Origin: Octopus sinensis
Taxonomy: Eukaryota
Length of the DNA stretch: 64,000 nt
Direction: 5' to 3'
Assembly: GCF_006345805.1 (NCBI RefSeq)
Contig: NC_043002.1
Coordinates: 98,022,001-98,086,000 of the forward strand
Position 1 is the stretch's first letter. Each line of letters begins with the position of its first letter. Positions 53,230 to 64,000 of the stretch are shown piece by piece. The notes under the pieces are model-generated. The model had not been told where the DNA came from and made no database searches. It was given only the letters and a program-made list of their open reading frames with translations. Both the position numbers and the translations under genes were made by a program.

Positions 53230-53553
53230 AGACCCCTCTTCGGTCACGACACTGACCATGGGATTGCACCTAGAAAGTTACCCTCCCAGACACAAGTCCG
53301 GGCAAGGTTGTTTAAGGAAGACCAGCAGTCGCCCATGCATACCGGCCTCCCCTCACCACACCACTGATGTTATCCAAGGGAAAGGCAAAGGGGCCGATAC
53401 AGCTTGGCACCTGTGACGTCGCAACTCATTTCTACAGCTGAGTGAACTGGAGCAATGTGAAATAAAGTGTCTTGCTCAAGAACACAATACGCAGCCCGGT
53501 CCGGTATTCGAGCTCACAACCTCACGATCGTAAGCTCGATGCTCTAACCGCTG
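53230..53553 (-). mobile_element. SINE-D (tRNA head, CORE-like segment, RTE-like tail)
   Basis: Minus strand GGTTAGAGCATCG..TCGAATACC..CTTGAGCAAGACACTT...GGTGCAATCCCATGGTC..GACCGAAG; a tail stub of this family lies at about 40718-40752. Confidence 0.8.
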
Positions 53554-53604
53554 TTAGTGTGTATGTGTGTGTGTGTATGTGTGTGTGCATGTATGTGTCT
53601 ATAT

Positions 53605-53783
53605 CAGTGGTTTTCAACTAGGGTTCCGCAAGAAGTTACTAAACTGCTAAAATCGACAGTAATTTTTAAGTCTCCTGTGCAGATATGTGTGCATAAGACT
53701 ATTAAACTATTGCACAGGGGTTCCCCGAGCCAGTGGAATGTTTCCTTGGGGTTCCACTCCAGCAAAAAGTTTGAAAAGCACTG
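53605..53783. mobile_element. hAT-type MITE
   Basis: TIRs CAGTGGTTTTCAA/TTGAAAAGCACTG; perfect 8-bp TSD GTCTATAT (53597-53604, 53784-53791). Confidence 0.92.
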
Positions 53784-54063
53784 GTCTATATGTATGTGCA
53801 TATATGTGTGTATGTGTGTGGTTTGTATGTGGGAGGTATTTGTGCGTTCATGTGTGTGCGTGGGTGCGTGTATTTGTGTGTGTGTATGTGTGTGTGTACG
53901 TGTGTATGTATGTGTGCGTGTATGCAGCAATAAACTAAAATATAAAAACAAGGATCGATAAATAAAGGGGGGAAAGCGGTAAGGGTACAAGATGTAAAAA
54001 GATAACAAAATTTATCAGATACAAAATAAATATAAAAGATAAAGTAAAAGAATTAAAGGGATA

Positions 54064-54456
54064 GGTGTAGGAGTGGTTGTGTGGTAAGTAGCTTGCTTGC
54101 CAACCACATGATTCCGGGTTCAGTCCCACTGCGTGGCACCTTGGGCAAGTGTCTTCTACTATAGAACCGACCAAAGCCTTGTGAGTGGATTTGGTAGACG
54201 GAAACTGAAAGAAGTCTGTCGTATATATGTATATATGTATATATGTGTGTGTGTATGTGTTTGTACCCACCAACATCGCTTGACGACCGATGCTGGTGTG
54301 TTTACGTCCCTGTAACTTAGCAGCTTGGCAAAAGAGACCGATAGAATAAGTACTAGGCTTACAAAGAATAAGTCCTGGGGTCGATTTGCCCGACTAAAGG
54401 CGGTGCTTCAGCATGGCCACAGTCACATGACTGAAACAAATAAAAGAGTAAAAGAG
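54064..54456 (+). mobile_element. SINE-C, full length
   Basis: Complete head-to-tail match with the other copies. Confidence 0.95.
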
Positions 54457-54639
54457 AAGATGATAAAATAGAAATTAATACAATTATAAAAAAATATAGC
54501 AATTAAGATGTTAAACAATTCGACGGAAAGAAAACGATCAAAAATCGAGAAAAGGGTAACAGTGTAAAAAAGTAAGTGGGTATAAGAGAGGATAAAATAA
54601 GATGAACTAAAACAAAATAAAAATAAAATAAAAAATAAA

Positions 54640-55550
54640 ATAAGAAGTTGCTTTTTAAGGAGTTTATAGGGACAGTCGTTAAGTGGTGGGAGTCCGCAAG
54701 GAATTTGTATTTGTAGACTGAAGATGTAACGCTGTTCCAGGCCGAGTCGCGTGTGTGTGGATCCGTGGTGCAGAGCGAGGCCAAAGACGGAGCTATTAGA
54801 GGGGATGTGGTTGGCAAAGCGGAAATGACGGGCGACGTGGGTGTTCGTGCGTAGCCGGCGGCCCGTCTGACCAACGTTGAGTGTATTACAGAGATTACAA
54901 CTAATGCAATAGGTAAGGTTTGAATAGGTGCAGGAAAAGGAGTTTCTAATGTGGAGAGTGTGCTGGTCGGGTCCAATGAGGGAGTTGGTGTTGGTGATGA
55001 AAGGGCAGGTGTGGCAGCGGGATCTAGAGCAAGGGAAGGATCCGGGTGGAGTTGGGCGGAGAAGAAGATGGTGCTACCACCAGCAGATCGCGTAAGTTAC
55101 GGGCGCGTTTAAAAGAGGAAGAGTGGGTTGGGGAAAATGAGGTATTTGGTGGGATCTAGCTGGATCGACGGAAGGCCCGTAGGATCCTACGATGAAGGGG
55201 TAGGTTAGAGGGGTGGAAAAGGAGGGGAAAGAGGTGCGATTGGAAGATTGGTGTGAGGAAGAGAGAGAGGGCGGTGGTGCTATCGATTAGACGAGCGCGG
55301 GCAAGAGCGGTTTGGACAAGGGTTGAGAGGTATCCCCGACGCATGAACATGCAGGCAAGGTACTGGAACTGAGTCTCGAAATGCTGGTCCTGGCTGCACA
55401 AGCATCGGAGGCGGATGGGCTGGGAATAGGGGATGGCCCGTTTGGTGTGGGAGGCATGGGAAGAGGAGAAGTTGTGGTAGAAGTGGGAATCTGTGGGTTT
55501 GAAGAAGGCGGATGTGGTGAGAGAGTAGGAGGGGAGGTCAATGGTAAGAT
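54640..55550 (-). mobile_element. Penelope-like retroelement fragment (RT C-terminus/thumb and linker)
   Basis: Minus strand FFKPTDSHFYHNFSSSHASHTKRAIPYSQPIRLRCLCSQ..RRGY and FKRARNLRDLLV, hallmark PLE motifs; frameshifted. Confidence 0.88.
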
Positions 55551-55609
55551 ATCTATCTTTCTTTCTATCTATCTCTCTTTATCTCCCTCTCTCTCCATAT
55601 ATATATATA

Positions 55610-55638
<29 letters not shown>

Positions 55639-55641
<3 letters not shown>

Positions 55642-55896
55642 CAAGATAAGAAAATGGAGAAATACATCTAAATCAAATATCAATTACCAGATAATACTCA
55701 ATCACATACTTTATTAAACCATTATACAACATTACTCTTTTACGTACACTTTTTTATGTACTTTCCTTTATGTACACTGATTTGTTCTGCTTTTTATATT
55801 TAACCCTACAGTCTCTTATGTGGTGGTTTAATAAAGTATGTGATTGAGTAATTGATATTTGATTTAGATGTATTTCTCCATTTTCTTATCTTGTAT
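55639..55896. repeat. Inverted repeat, arms about 55639-55720 and 55824-55896
   Basis: ACAAGATAAGAAAATGGAGAAATACATCTAAATC.. versus its reverse complement; small indel in one arm; adjacent to the PLE fragment. Confidence 0.9.
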
Positions 55897-57162
55897 TAGT
55901 ATTTTGTGGTAAATCTTTTTACCTTTGCCCATATAATACAGTAAATGAATTGATTGCATCGCAATCATTAACATTTATGTATTAACTTTGTTGGGTACTT
56001 CACTAGCAGTATATTGGATATATGTTATCCCATAGAGGGTTGCATTTACAACCCCTATCTCAATTTGTATATATATATATATATATATATATATGATCCC
56101 CACCCCAAAACGATGGAAAAACACAAGAAAAAAACAACAACGCCAGGACGTGGTACATGCAATATATTGAAAGACGCTCAGGGAAGGAAAGAAATGTTGT
56201 TTTCCGATTCAAGCAAAGCTCTTCTTAAGAAACAGGAGACAGAGGAAATTCCAAGAGAAAAGGAAGACAGAGGGAAAAATCGCCAACAATCCACATGTAG
56301 TTACATTTCGAAAAACAAAAATGAAAAAAAATCAAATATATATATATACACACAGACACAATATACGCGCGCGTACGCACCCATAGACACATACGCACGC
56401 ACACACACTCACACACGCACACACACACACACACAACATACACATATATACAAATACACTTAGCATATTCTATATGCTGATGTTAACGTAATTATATAAG
56501 GCACCATTACCCGTAAGCATGGGCTGGAATAAGAATATGTTAGTTCTAATATCATACATGTACGCATATATATATATGTGTGTGTGTGTGTGTTGTGTGT
56601 ATGTATGTATGTATGTATGTATGTATGTATGTATTTATGTACACAACCTGTCAAACAAGCACGTCCACATTTTCATATACACATACATATTTAAACACGC
56701 AAACAAACGCAGAGACACACATATATTATTTAAAAATATAATAAAATATACATGTATACATATACGGATATATTCACACACATATGGAATTTATTACATA
56801 GGCAGTAGTTAGCTAACTAAACGATACATTAGTCTTTTTACGAAACGCAGACGTAGTAAAAGTATCATAACAGCTAAATTGCGCGTGAGGTTATATGAAG
56901 ATGATGAGCATGCAGAGAGATACAGACACGTTGCAATTATTTAATCATTGGGTCGTAAGACTCACCAAGGAATTCAAAGGATTAACGATAGGGCAATACT
57001 TATACTATTTTAACCACTGCACTGGCAAAGAAACCGGATGTCTTTTTATCATAGTGTTCTTATCCTTGTTTACCTTATCAATGTTTTAAAACATAAAAGA
57101 TAACATTTATTCTAAAACATTAAAGGCGATAACAAGGATGAGCTGTTCTGACTATCACAAGA

Positions 57163-57548
57163 TGGAAGCACTCCGTCGGTTACGACGATGAGGGTTCCGG
57201 TTGATCCGAATCAAAGGAACAGCCTGCTCGTGAAATTAACGTGTAAGTGGCTGAGCACTCCACAGACACGTGTACCCTTAACGTAGTTCTCGGGGATATT
57301 CAGCGTGACACAGAGAGTGACAAGGCCGGCCCTTTGAAATACAGGTACAACAGGCACAGGAAGAAAGAGTGAGAGAAAGTTGTGGTGAAAGAGTACAGCA
57401 GGGATCACCACCATCCCCTGCCGGAGCCTCGTGGAGATTTAGGTGTTTTCGCTCAATAAACACTCACAACGCCCGGTCTGGGAATCGAAACCGCGATTCT
57501 ATGACCGCGAGTCCGCTGCCCTAACCACTGGGCCATTGCGCCTCCATA
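57163..57548 (-). mobile_element. SINE-B, full length
   Basis: TSD ACTATCACAAGA (57151-57162, 57549-57560). Confidence 0.95.
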
Positions 57549-58139
57549 ACTATCACAAGAATATATATATATAAATATATAAAATAAACATAGAAATATT
57601 ACGTAAGCGCAATTATCGTGGTTTGCAATCACGTGGTTCCAAGTTCAAACAGGAATTAAGTTTAGCTTCGTGGACCCATGATTTGTGAATGAAATTCCGA
57701 AGGCAGAAATTGTGCAGAAGCTTGTGAATATCATAATGATAAAGCAACCACAATAAGGACAACGACAGCGAAAGAAATCAAAATGCGATGTTAATGTATT
57801 ATGGCACTAAAGAAAAAGAAATGGGCGTCAACTTTTCGAGCAAGATGCTCTTTCTCAGAGAAGAAAAGAAAACTAAAACGTTATTTCATGTGATAATGAT
57901 CGATTATGATTGACTAATAGCAGATGATATATATATACATGCGTGCGCATTACGAGTCTGTGCAGCGTGCGCGTGTGTCTGTGTCTGTGTGTAAACGTAT
58001 ATGTTCATTCGTACGTACATATATGTGTATGTAAGAATGTATGTATGTATGTATGTATATATGTATATATGTATATAAGCACACGTGTAAGCATATAGAT
58101 ATAGATAGATATGTATATGTATATACATATATATGTATA

Positions 58140-59465
58140 TGGTATCATTGGAAGAGATAAAATGAATGAACACATGATGAAAGGAACGTACAGGAAAGAG
58201 TATTTGAGGAGGACTCGGCTTCTGCCCCAATCGAAGCTAAATGGCCGCTATAAAATTAGAGCAATTAATACGTGGGCGGTTGCTTTGATGAAATAAGGGG
58301 CAGGAATAGTGTCTTGGAAGAAGAATGAATTATACAAGAGATTGACCGGAGGTGTAAACTCATTTTCCTTCTCGGTGTGAAGAGTTGTCATAAAGTTTCG
58401 TTAATTTTTGTCTAAGGTAGAGTCGGTGAGGTGTAAACTCATTTACCTCCTTACATTTTATTGTTGTAGTTAACCATCCAATATGGCGACGCATGTTGTT
58501 GATGGTTTCTTCAAGCATTGTTTTCCATCGAGGTTGTTTCCGTTTAGTAATTTCGTTACATTGTTCACTGTAGATTACTCCTAAAGTGTTCTTTAAGAGT
58601 AATAGCGTAATGACAATGAACAAGAGTAATAGTAATGACAATGAACAAGGAACTACACCCCAAGAGTGATGTATCAAGATTGTATGTAAAGAGGTAAGAC
58701 GGAGGATGGGGATTGGTGTATTGGGAAGGTTGTGTAAGAGAAGAGGAGAATAGCCTGGCTTGGTATGTAAAGAAGAAATGATTGAAACAGTGAAAATACA
58801 GGGAACCTTAAAAGTGAACAAAACCGTAGATCCAATACAATTTAAGACCAAGCATAGCAGATGAATGAAATTTGGCAGGAAAAGAAAATGCACAGTTAGT
58901 TCTTGAGGAAAAAAGAAGAGATTGATTGGACTAGAAGCTGGCAATGAATGCAGAAAGGAGACTTAAAAGGGCCCACTGAAGCATTAGTATGCAGTGCTCA
59001 AGAATAAGCTCTCATAACAAAACTACTCCAAATATCACATTGATAAAAGCACTGACTCGCCACAGTGTAGGATGTGCTCTACGAAGGGAGAAAGTATAAG
59101 CCATATTGTTAGTGAGTGCTGTAAGCTTGCACAACGCGAATATAAAAGGAGACAGGACAATGTGGCCAGATATGTCCACGGCTGTTGTGTGGTAAAGCAA
59201 ACCTCGAGAGAGCCGAACAATGGTATGAACACAAGCCAGACGGAGTAATGGAAAACGAGCATTACAAAGTGCTCCGGGATTTTAACATGCAGTGCCACCT
59301 AGTCATAGAGGCAAGACCACCCGATACCGTGCTCCTCCATAAAGATGAAAAAGAAGCAAAGATAATAGATGTTGCAATACCAGGCGATTCGAGGGCGAAA
59401 TGTAAGGAAAGAGAGAAGATTGAGAAATACCAGCCACTGCGGGACGAGATAGGAAAGTTATTTTA
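58140..59465 (+). mobile_element. Decayed R4/Dong-like LINE (post-RT region, CCHC knuckle, RLE), interrupted at 58349-58632
   Basis: KEYLRRTR..SKLNGRYKIRAINTWAV; MTMNKELHPKSD; CRMC..ESISHIVSEC; ARPPDTVL..IIDVAIPGD..EKIEKYQPL. Confidence 0.92.
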
Positions 59466-60680
59466 AAATTACAATTTGCAAAAAATTTTGCTACTTTCTC
59501 AAAGCTTTCTTTGGTCAACAGACTAATCCCAACGAGAGTGAAAAAAAATTCCGACCGATCTAATGCTTGAGGTTATCAACGATGTTGCTAGAGAGCACAT
59601 GGATCATGTGATGTTAATTACTGGAATATAAATACTCTTATATACACAGCCGCTATTACTCTTAAAGAACGAAATTACTTAATGGAAACAACCTCGATGG
59701 AAAACAATGCTTGAAGAAACCATCAACAACGTGCGTCGCCATATCGGATGGTTAACTACAACAATAAAATGTAAGGAGGAAAATGAGTTTACACCTCACC
59801 GACTCTACCTTAGACAAAAATTAACGAAACTTTATGACAACTCTTCACACCGAGCTCTTGAGTGAGAGCGAATCACTTTAATACATGAACTCAGGACGGT
59901 GAGCGAGAAACTCCACTGTCGCATGCGAATTTTTGAGCGAGCCAGTATCAATCGCAAGTTTGCTTCCAACCCACACATATACGAGAAATGAGGAAGGAAA
60001 ACATTACCATTAAGAAAGCTCCCTCCCAAGAAGATCTACAATCATTCTGGTAAAAATTTGGAACGAAAAGTGGGATTTCAACCGCAATACATCATGGTTA
60101 AATGAGAGAGAATATTGTACCAACACTAACAGTAAAACATGCATAATTGATGCAGAAACCTTCGCTATAGCAGTAGGCAAACTGCAGAATGGGAAGGCAC
60201 CTGGCAGGGACCTAATAGTTGGACATTGGTACAAGAAGCTGACATTTTATAGAAACCAGTTGATTTATATGTTCAAAAGGGTCAGACTGATATACCAAAT
60301 TGGCTTGCTACAGCAAGGACAAATCTTGTTGCCAAAGATGAAATCACCGAGATGGCAGGAAACTACAGGCCCATTGCTTGCCTAAACATTATGTACAAAC
60401 TGTACACAAATTCCTCCAGGACCATTGTGAGTCGAAAAAGGGAGTATGGAGATGTGCCAAACAACATTTAATAAACAAAGCTGTACTATCCGAAGTAAGA
60501 AAGCAACGCAGAAACCTTGTAACAGTATGGCTTGACTATAAGAAGGCATTCGACTCTATCCCTCATTCATGGCTCTAGAAGTGCCTACATTTGGCAAAAG
60601 TACCTACTACCTTAATTGCTCCTATAGAAAGACTAACAAAGACATAGACAACTATTCTTGCTCTTACAACCGAGAACATG
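59466..60680 (+). mobile_element. Second R4/Dong-like LINE fragment (N-terminal region to early RT)
   Basis: KAPGRDLIVGHWYKKL; NYRPIACLNIMYKLY; LVTVWLDYKKAFDSIPHSWL. Confidence 0.9.
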
Positions 60681-61474
60681 GAAGTTTTTTAATGCCTTTC
60701 TTTTCCAACGAATCTTGGGGTTTTTAGCCGTGTGACAAGGGGCCCCATCTTCCATAAATAAAGCGTCTTTAATCATTTCACCATTAGAGAAGATTGGAAG
60801 GAGTCCTTTCTGCAATATGGATAAATATCTTAGTTTACGTTTCCGTCACACTACATCTGCTCCGATTGACTATTACTCCAAATTGCTCCCTAGGCCACCA
60901 CAGGATAGCGGCTTTATTTCATTGTTGGCCGCAATCTTTTCATGTCAAATTCTTGATCACAGAATCTCCAGACCCATACTCGACCAATGTCAGAAAATAC
61001 AGCAAATCTGGACTCACCAGAGAATATGATAATGTCCCAAAATGCTAGTGGTCACTCCATCATCTCACTGGTCCAGTTTTTCTCCATTTGATAGTGGCCG
61101 GTTGAAGAAATGGTTTCCTTCTTGTTGCTCTGCCATTGTAGCCAAGTTTGTGAAGATACCTGACAACAGTTTTGAAACTGACATCAACTTGATCTGCTAT
61201 GTCAGAGGCCTTGCAATGAGGATTATCCTCTACACTTCACTTAACAAAGCAAAGGGACCTGTCAGAGAGCCCTGGTTGACCTGGGCAACGTGATGTGGAC
61301 GCTTTCCTCTCTCTGGTGAATTGCATATAAAAGGCTTCTTTTGTATATGGCATGGCTAAACAGTAACATATCGAACCTGAAACATAAAAATGCCATTAAC
61401 AAAAAATATAAACCTTTTCAAGTTAAACATAAAACTATGTTTCATGGCGTGCCGATTTACTTCTGTCATGTGTG
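60681..61474 (-). mobile_element. Decayed Tc1-family transposon (transposase fragment plus probable 5' TIR)
   Basis: LHKLGYNGRATRRKPFL; WDIIIFSGESRF (first D mutated); FMEDGAPCHTAK; end TA|CACACATGACAGAAGTAAAT. Confidence 0.85.
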
Positions 61475-61562
61475 TATGTGTGTGTGTGTATGTATGTATG
61501 TATGTATGTATGTATGTATGTATGTATGTATGTATATATATATGTTTATATATATATATATA

Positions 61563-61608
<46 letters not shown>

Positions 61609-61610
61609 TG

Positions 61611-61654
<44 letters not shown>

Positions 61655-62292
61655 CATGACAGAAGTAAATAGAGAGAGATGGAGAGAGAGAAAAAAAGGA
61701 AGAGAGGAAATACTATATATATTACATAAATATATATTAGATAAACAAGGTGAAAACAGCCCGGATGTTAGTACTTTCGCTTGTTGGTGTAAGAATTGTT
61801 TCAGTTGTTTTAAGGTTTTCGGTCATGAATAATGGAATATCAGATAAGAATTATCGTTAGCACAGATTCTTTTCATTTTTTCTAAGTTACAAATGACCCA
61901 GTTAAATAGCTTCGATGTAACACGCTTTTAAATAATAAATATTTATTTATTTATCTATCTATTTATTTCGTATTATATATTTGATTCGAGTGGATTTGTC
62001 ATTAATTAATTTCCAACTAAAACTTAAGAAGCAAAAGCCGCAGCAATTTCACTAATTATTCGGTAATGAATATCTTAATACTTGTTTCATTAAACCGCAA
62101 TTAAAACATTCACTTGATAAGCCAACTTTTGAGCCTTTATGATGTTGCTCGATCTCCTAAATATAACAACCAAATCCTGCAGTGACGGAGAACGATACGC
62201 TGGCTAATCTGTTTCTAAATACAGTAGAATAATGTCAATGATCAGACTACATTTGGGGCGACGAAAACTAACAAATGTTTAAATGAAATTAA

Positions 62293-62468
62293 CCCCTTAC
62301 CCAACAATTATTTTGAAAATAAATGTATTTTTTCAGACATATTTTTTAATTGTTTTATTTTTTAATTGTCGATTTTGGCGAGTCTATCTTTTGACGAGTT
62401 AACTCGCCAGAGATAGAAAAAAACGATTTAGGTCAAAACGCATATATTCGTTTCTGCCGGGTAAGGGG
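62293..62468. mobile_element. piggyBac-like MITE
   Basis: TTAA|CCCCTTACCC...GGGTAAGGGG|TTAA. Confidence 0.85.
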
Positions 62469-62710
62469 TTAACAACCTTCATGGGTTTTTGAATGGCTAA
62501 TAATTGCCTTTCATGCTGTAATTGTTTTAGCTTCAACACAAGATCTTGGATCAAGCCACTTTGCCTGGCGAATACACCTTTGAAGTTCTGAATACTTTAT
62601 GTTTGAAAAAAAAAAAACACAATCCAAGAGATGGTCGCAGCTGGAATGCTTTTGAGTTTTGGCCTGGTCTCTCACTGTAGCTCAACTGTAATTGACTAAA
62701 GTGAGTTATA

Positions 62711-63080
62711 TGCGTGGCCGTGTGGTAAAAGGGTTACTTCCCAACAACATGGTTCAGTCCCAGTGCGTGGCACCTTGGGTAAATCTCTTCTACTATAGCC
62801 TCGAGGCGATCAAGGCCTTGTAAGTAGATTTAGTAGATGGAAACTGAAAGAAGCCTGTCGTATACAAATGTGTGTGCGTGCGTATGTGTGTTTGACCACC
62901 ACCAATACCACTTGACAACTGGTTTTGGCGTGTTTACGGTCTCGTAACTAGGCGGTTCAGCGTAAGTGATCGATAAAATAAGTACTAGACTTAGCAAAAC
63001 AAAAATTAAGTCCTAGAGTCGAATCATTCGACTAAAAACTCTTCAAGATGCATGGTCGCCATCCAATGACTGAAGAATGT
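62711..63080 (+). mobile_element. Degenerate SINE-C
   Basis: GTGGCCGTGTGGTAA..GGCACCTTGGGTAA..GGAAACTGAAAGAAGCC..AATGACTGAA. Confidence 0.85.
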
Positions 63081-63194
63081 AGGAAAAAAAAAAGACAAAT
63101 GTAGTTCTCAAATCAATGATTTCAAGTTATTCTGATTTATTTAACGAGAAACAAAATCACTAAGATTAAAATTATGTTCAATGCAGGCAAAAAT

Positions 63195-63745
63195 CTAACA
63201 ATTTCGAAGGGAAGGTTTCAATCGATAGCATTGATTCCAGTACTTCACTGCTACTTTAACAATGCAAAAATGATCAAGGGCACAGTTGATCTCGACAAGA
63301 TTCGAACCCAGAACGTAAAAATCGCTGGGTATTTTTTCTGATGCTCTAGCAATTCAGCCAATCCACTGTATTAATCCTCAATACTAAAGTGGAAAGGATC
63401 ACGAATGCAGTTACATTGAGGTTTTAACCAATAGCTTAACGGTTCGAAACCAGGTCACAGATATAATTTGCCGTGAGATCGTCTCTTATTCTAGGATGTC
63501 CGTCACCTCTATTTTCACGACATGAAAATTTGATAATGAATGCTGTACTATACAGCATTAACTGGATTTATATACAACTAAGTGGCGAAATGGTCGAGTC
63601 GTTAGAGTGTTGGATAAATTGACTTAGCATTCCAGTTCACTGCACTCAAATGTCGCAGGGTTCGAATTTGCTTTCATCCTTTAGAGATAGATAACATAAG
63701 TACCAGTTCTGTACTGGGGAAGATTTTCACTCTCCCCCTCTTTCC
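63195..63745. mobile_element. Old SINE-A remnants (- about 63195-63370; + about 63583-63745)
   Basis: Weak core matches (CTTTCATCCTTT..GATAACATAAGTACCAG). Confidence 0.5.
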
Positions 63746-63779
63746 CCTCTCTCTTTCTGTGTGTGTATACTTATATATA

Positions 63780-63845
<66 letters not shown>

Positions 63846-64000
63846 CTCTATTTCTCTCTTGAGTTTTGGGAAAAATTCACTGGGGTCAAATCTGAACAGG
63901 GATGTGCTCCCAGGGGCGAAAGAAAGCCCCAGGCACATCATATACTACAAACGTACACCGTCGACTGCGGCAAAAGTTGAGGCCTCAGGGCAAAGCAAAG

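Noticed and set aside
58360-58944. 194-aa ORF, the longest in the track
   Set aside because: Artefact joining antisense LINE sequence to the inverted insertion.

Overview
AT-rich, microsatellite-saturated animal (eukaryotic) genomic DNA. The SINE repertoire and composition look like a coleoid cephalopod, most likely Octopus; this is recognised from family resemblance, not a database search. I recognise no intact protein-coding gene: almost all ORFs in the track are translations of simple repeats or decayed transposons. The window is a transposon mosaic with four tRNA-headed SINE families (labelled A-D here), R4/Dong-like, RTE and CR1/L2-like LINE fragments, Penelope-like (PLE) remnants and foldback palindromes, four short non-autonomous Helitrons, hAT-, piggyBac-, pogo- and Merlin/MULE-like MITEs, and a decayed Tc1 transposase. 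The most striking signal is a young 555-bp tandem array (34198-35568) with a complete type I hammerhead-ribozyme fold in every unit (retrozyme or PLE-pLTR-like). Several minimal hammerheads occur elsewhere, including one with a swapped G3-C8 core pair. All alignments and folds were done by eye, so edges of degenerate elements are approximate.
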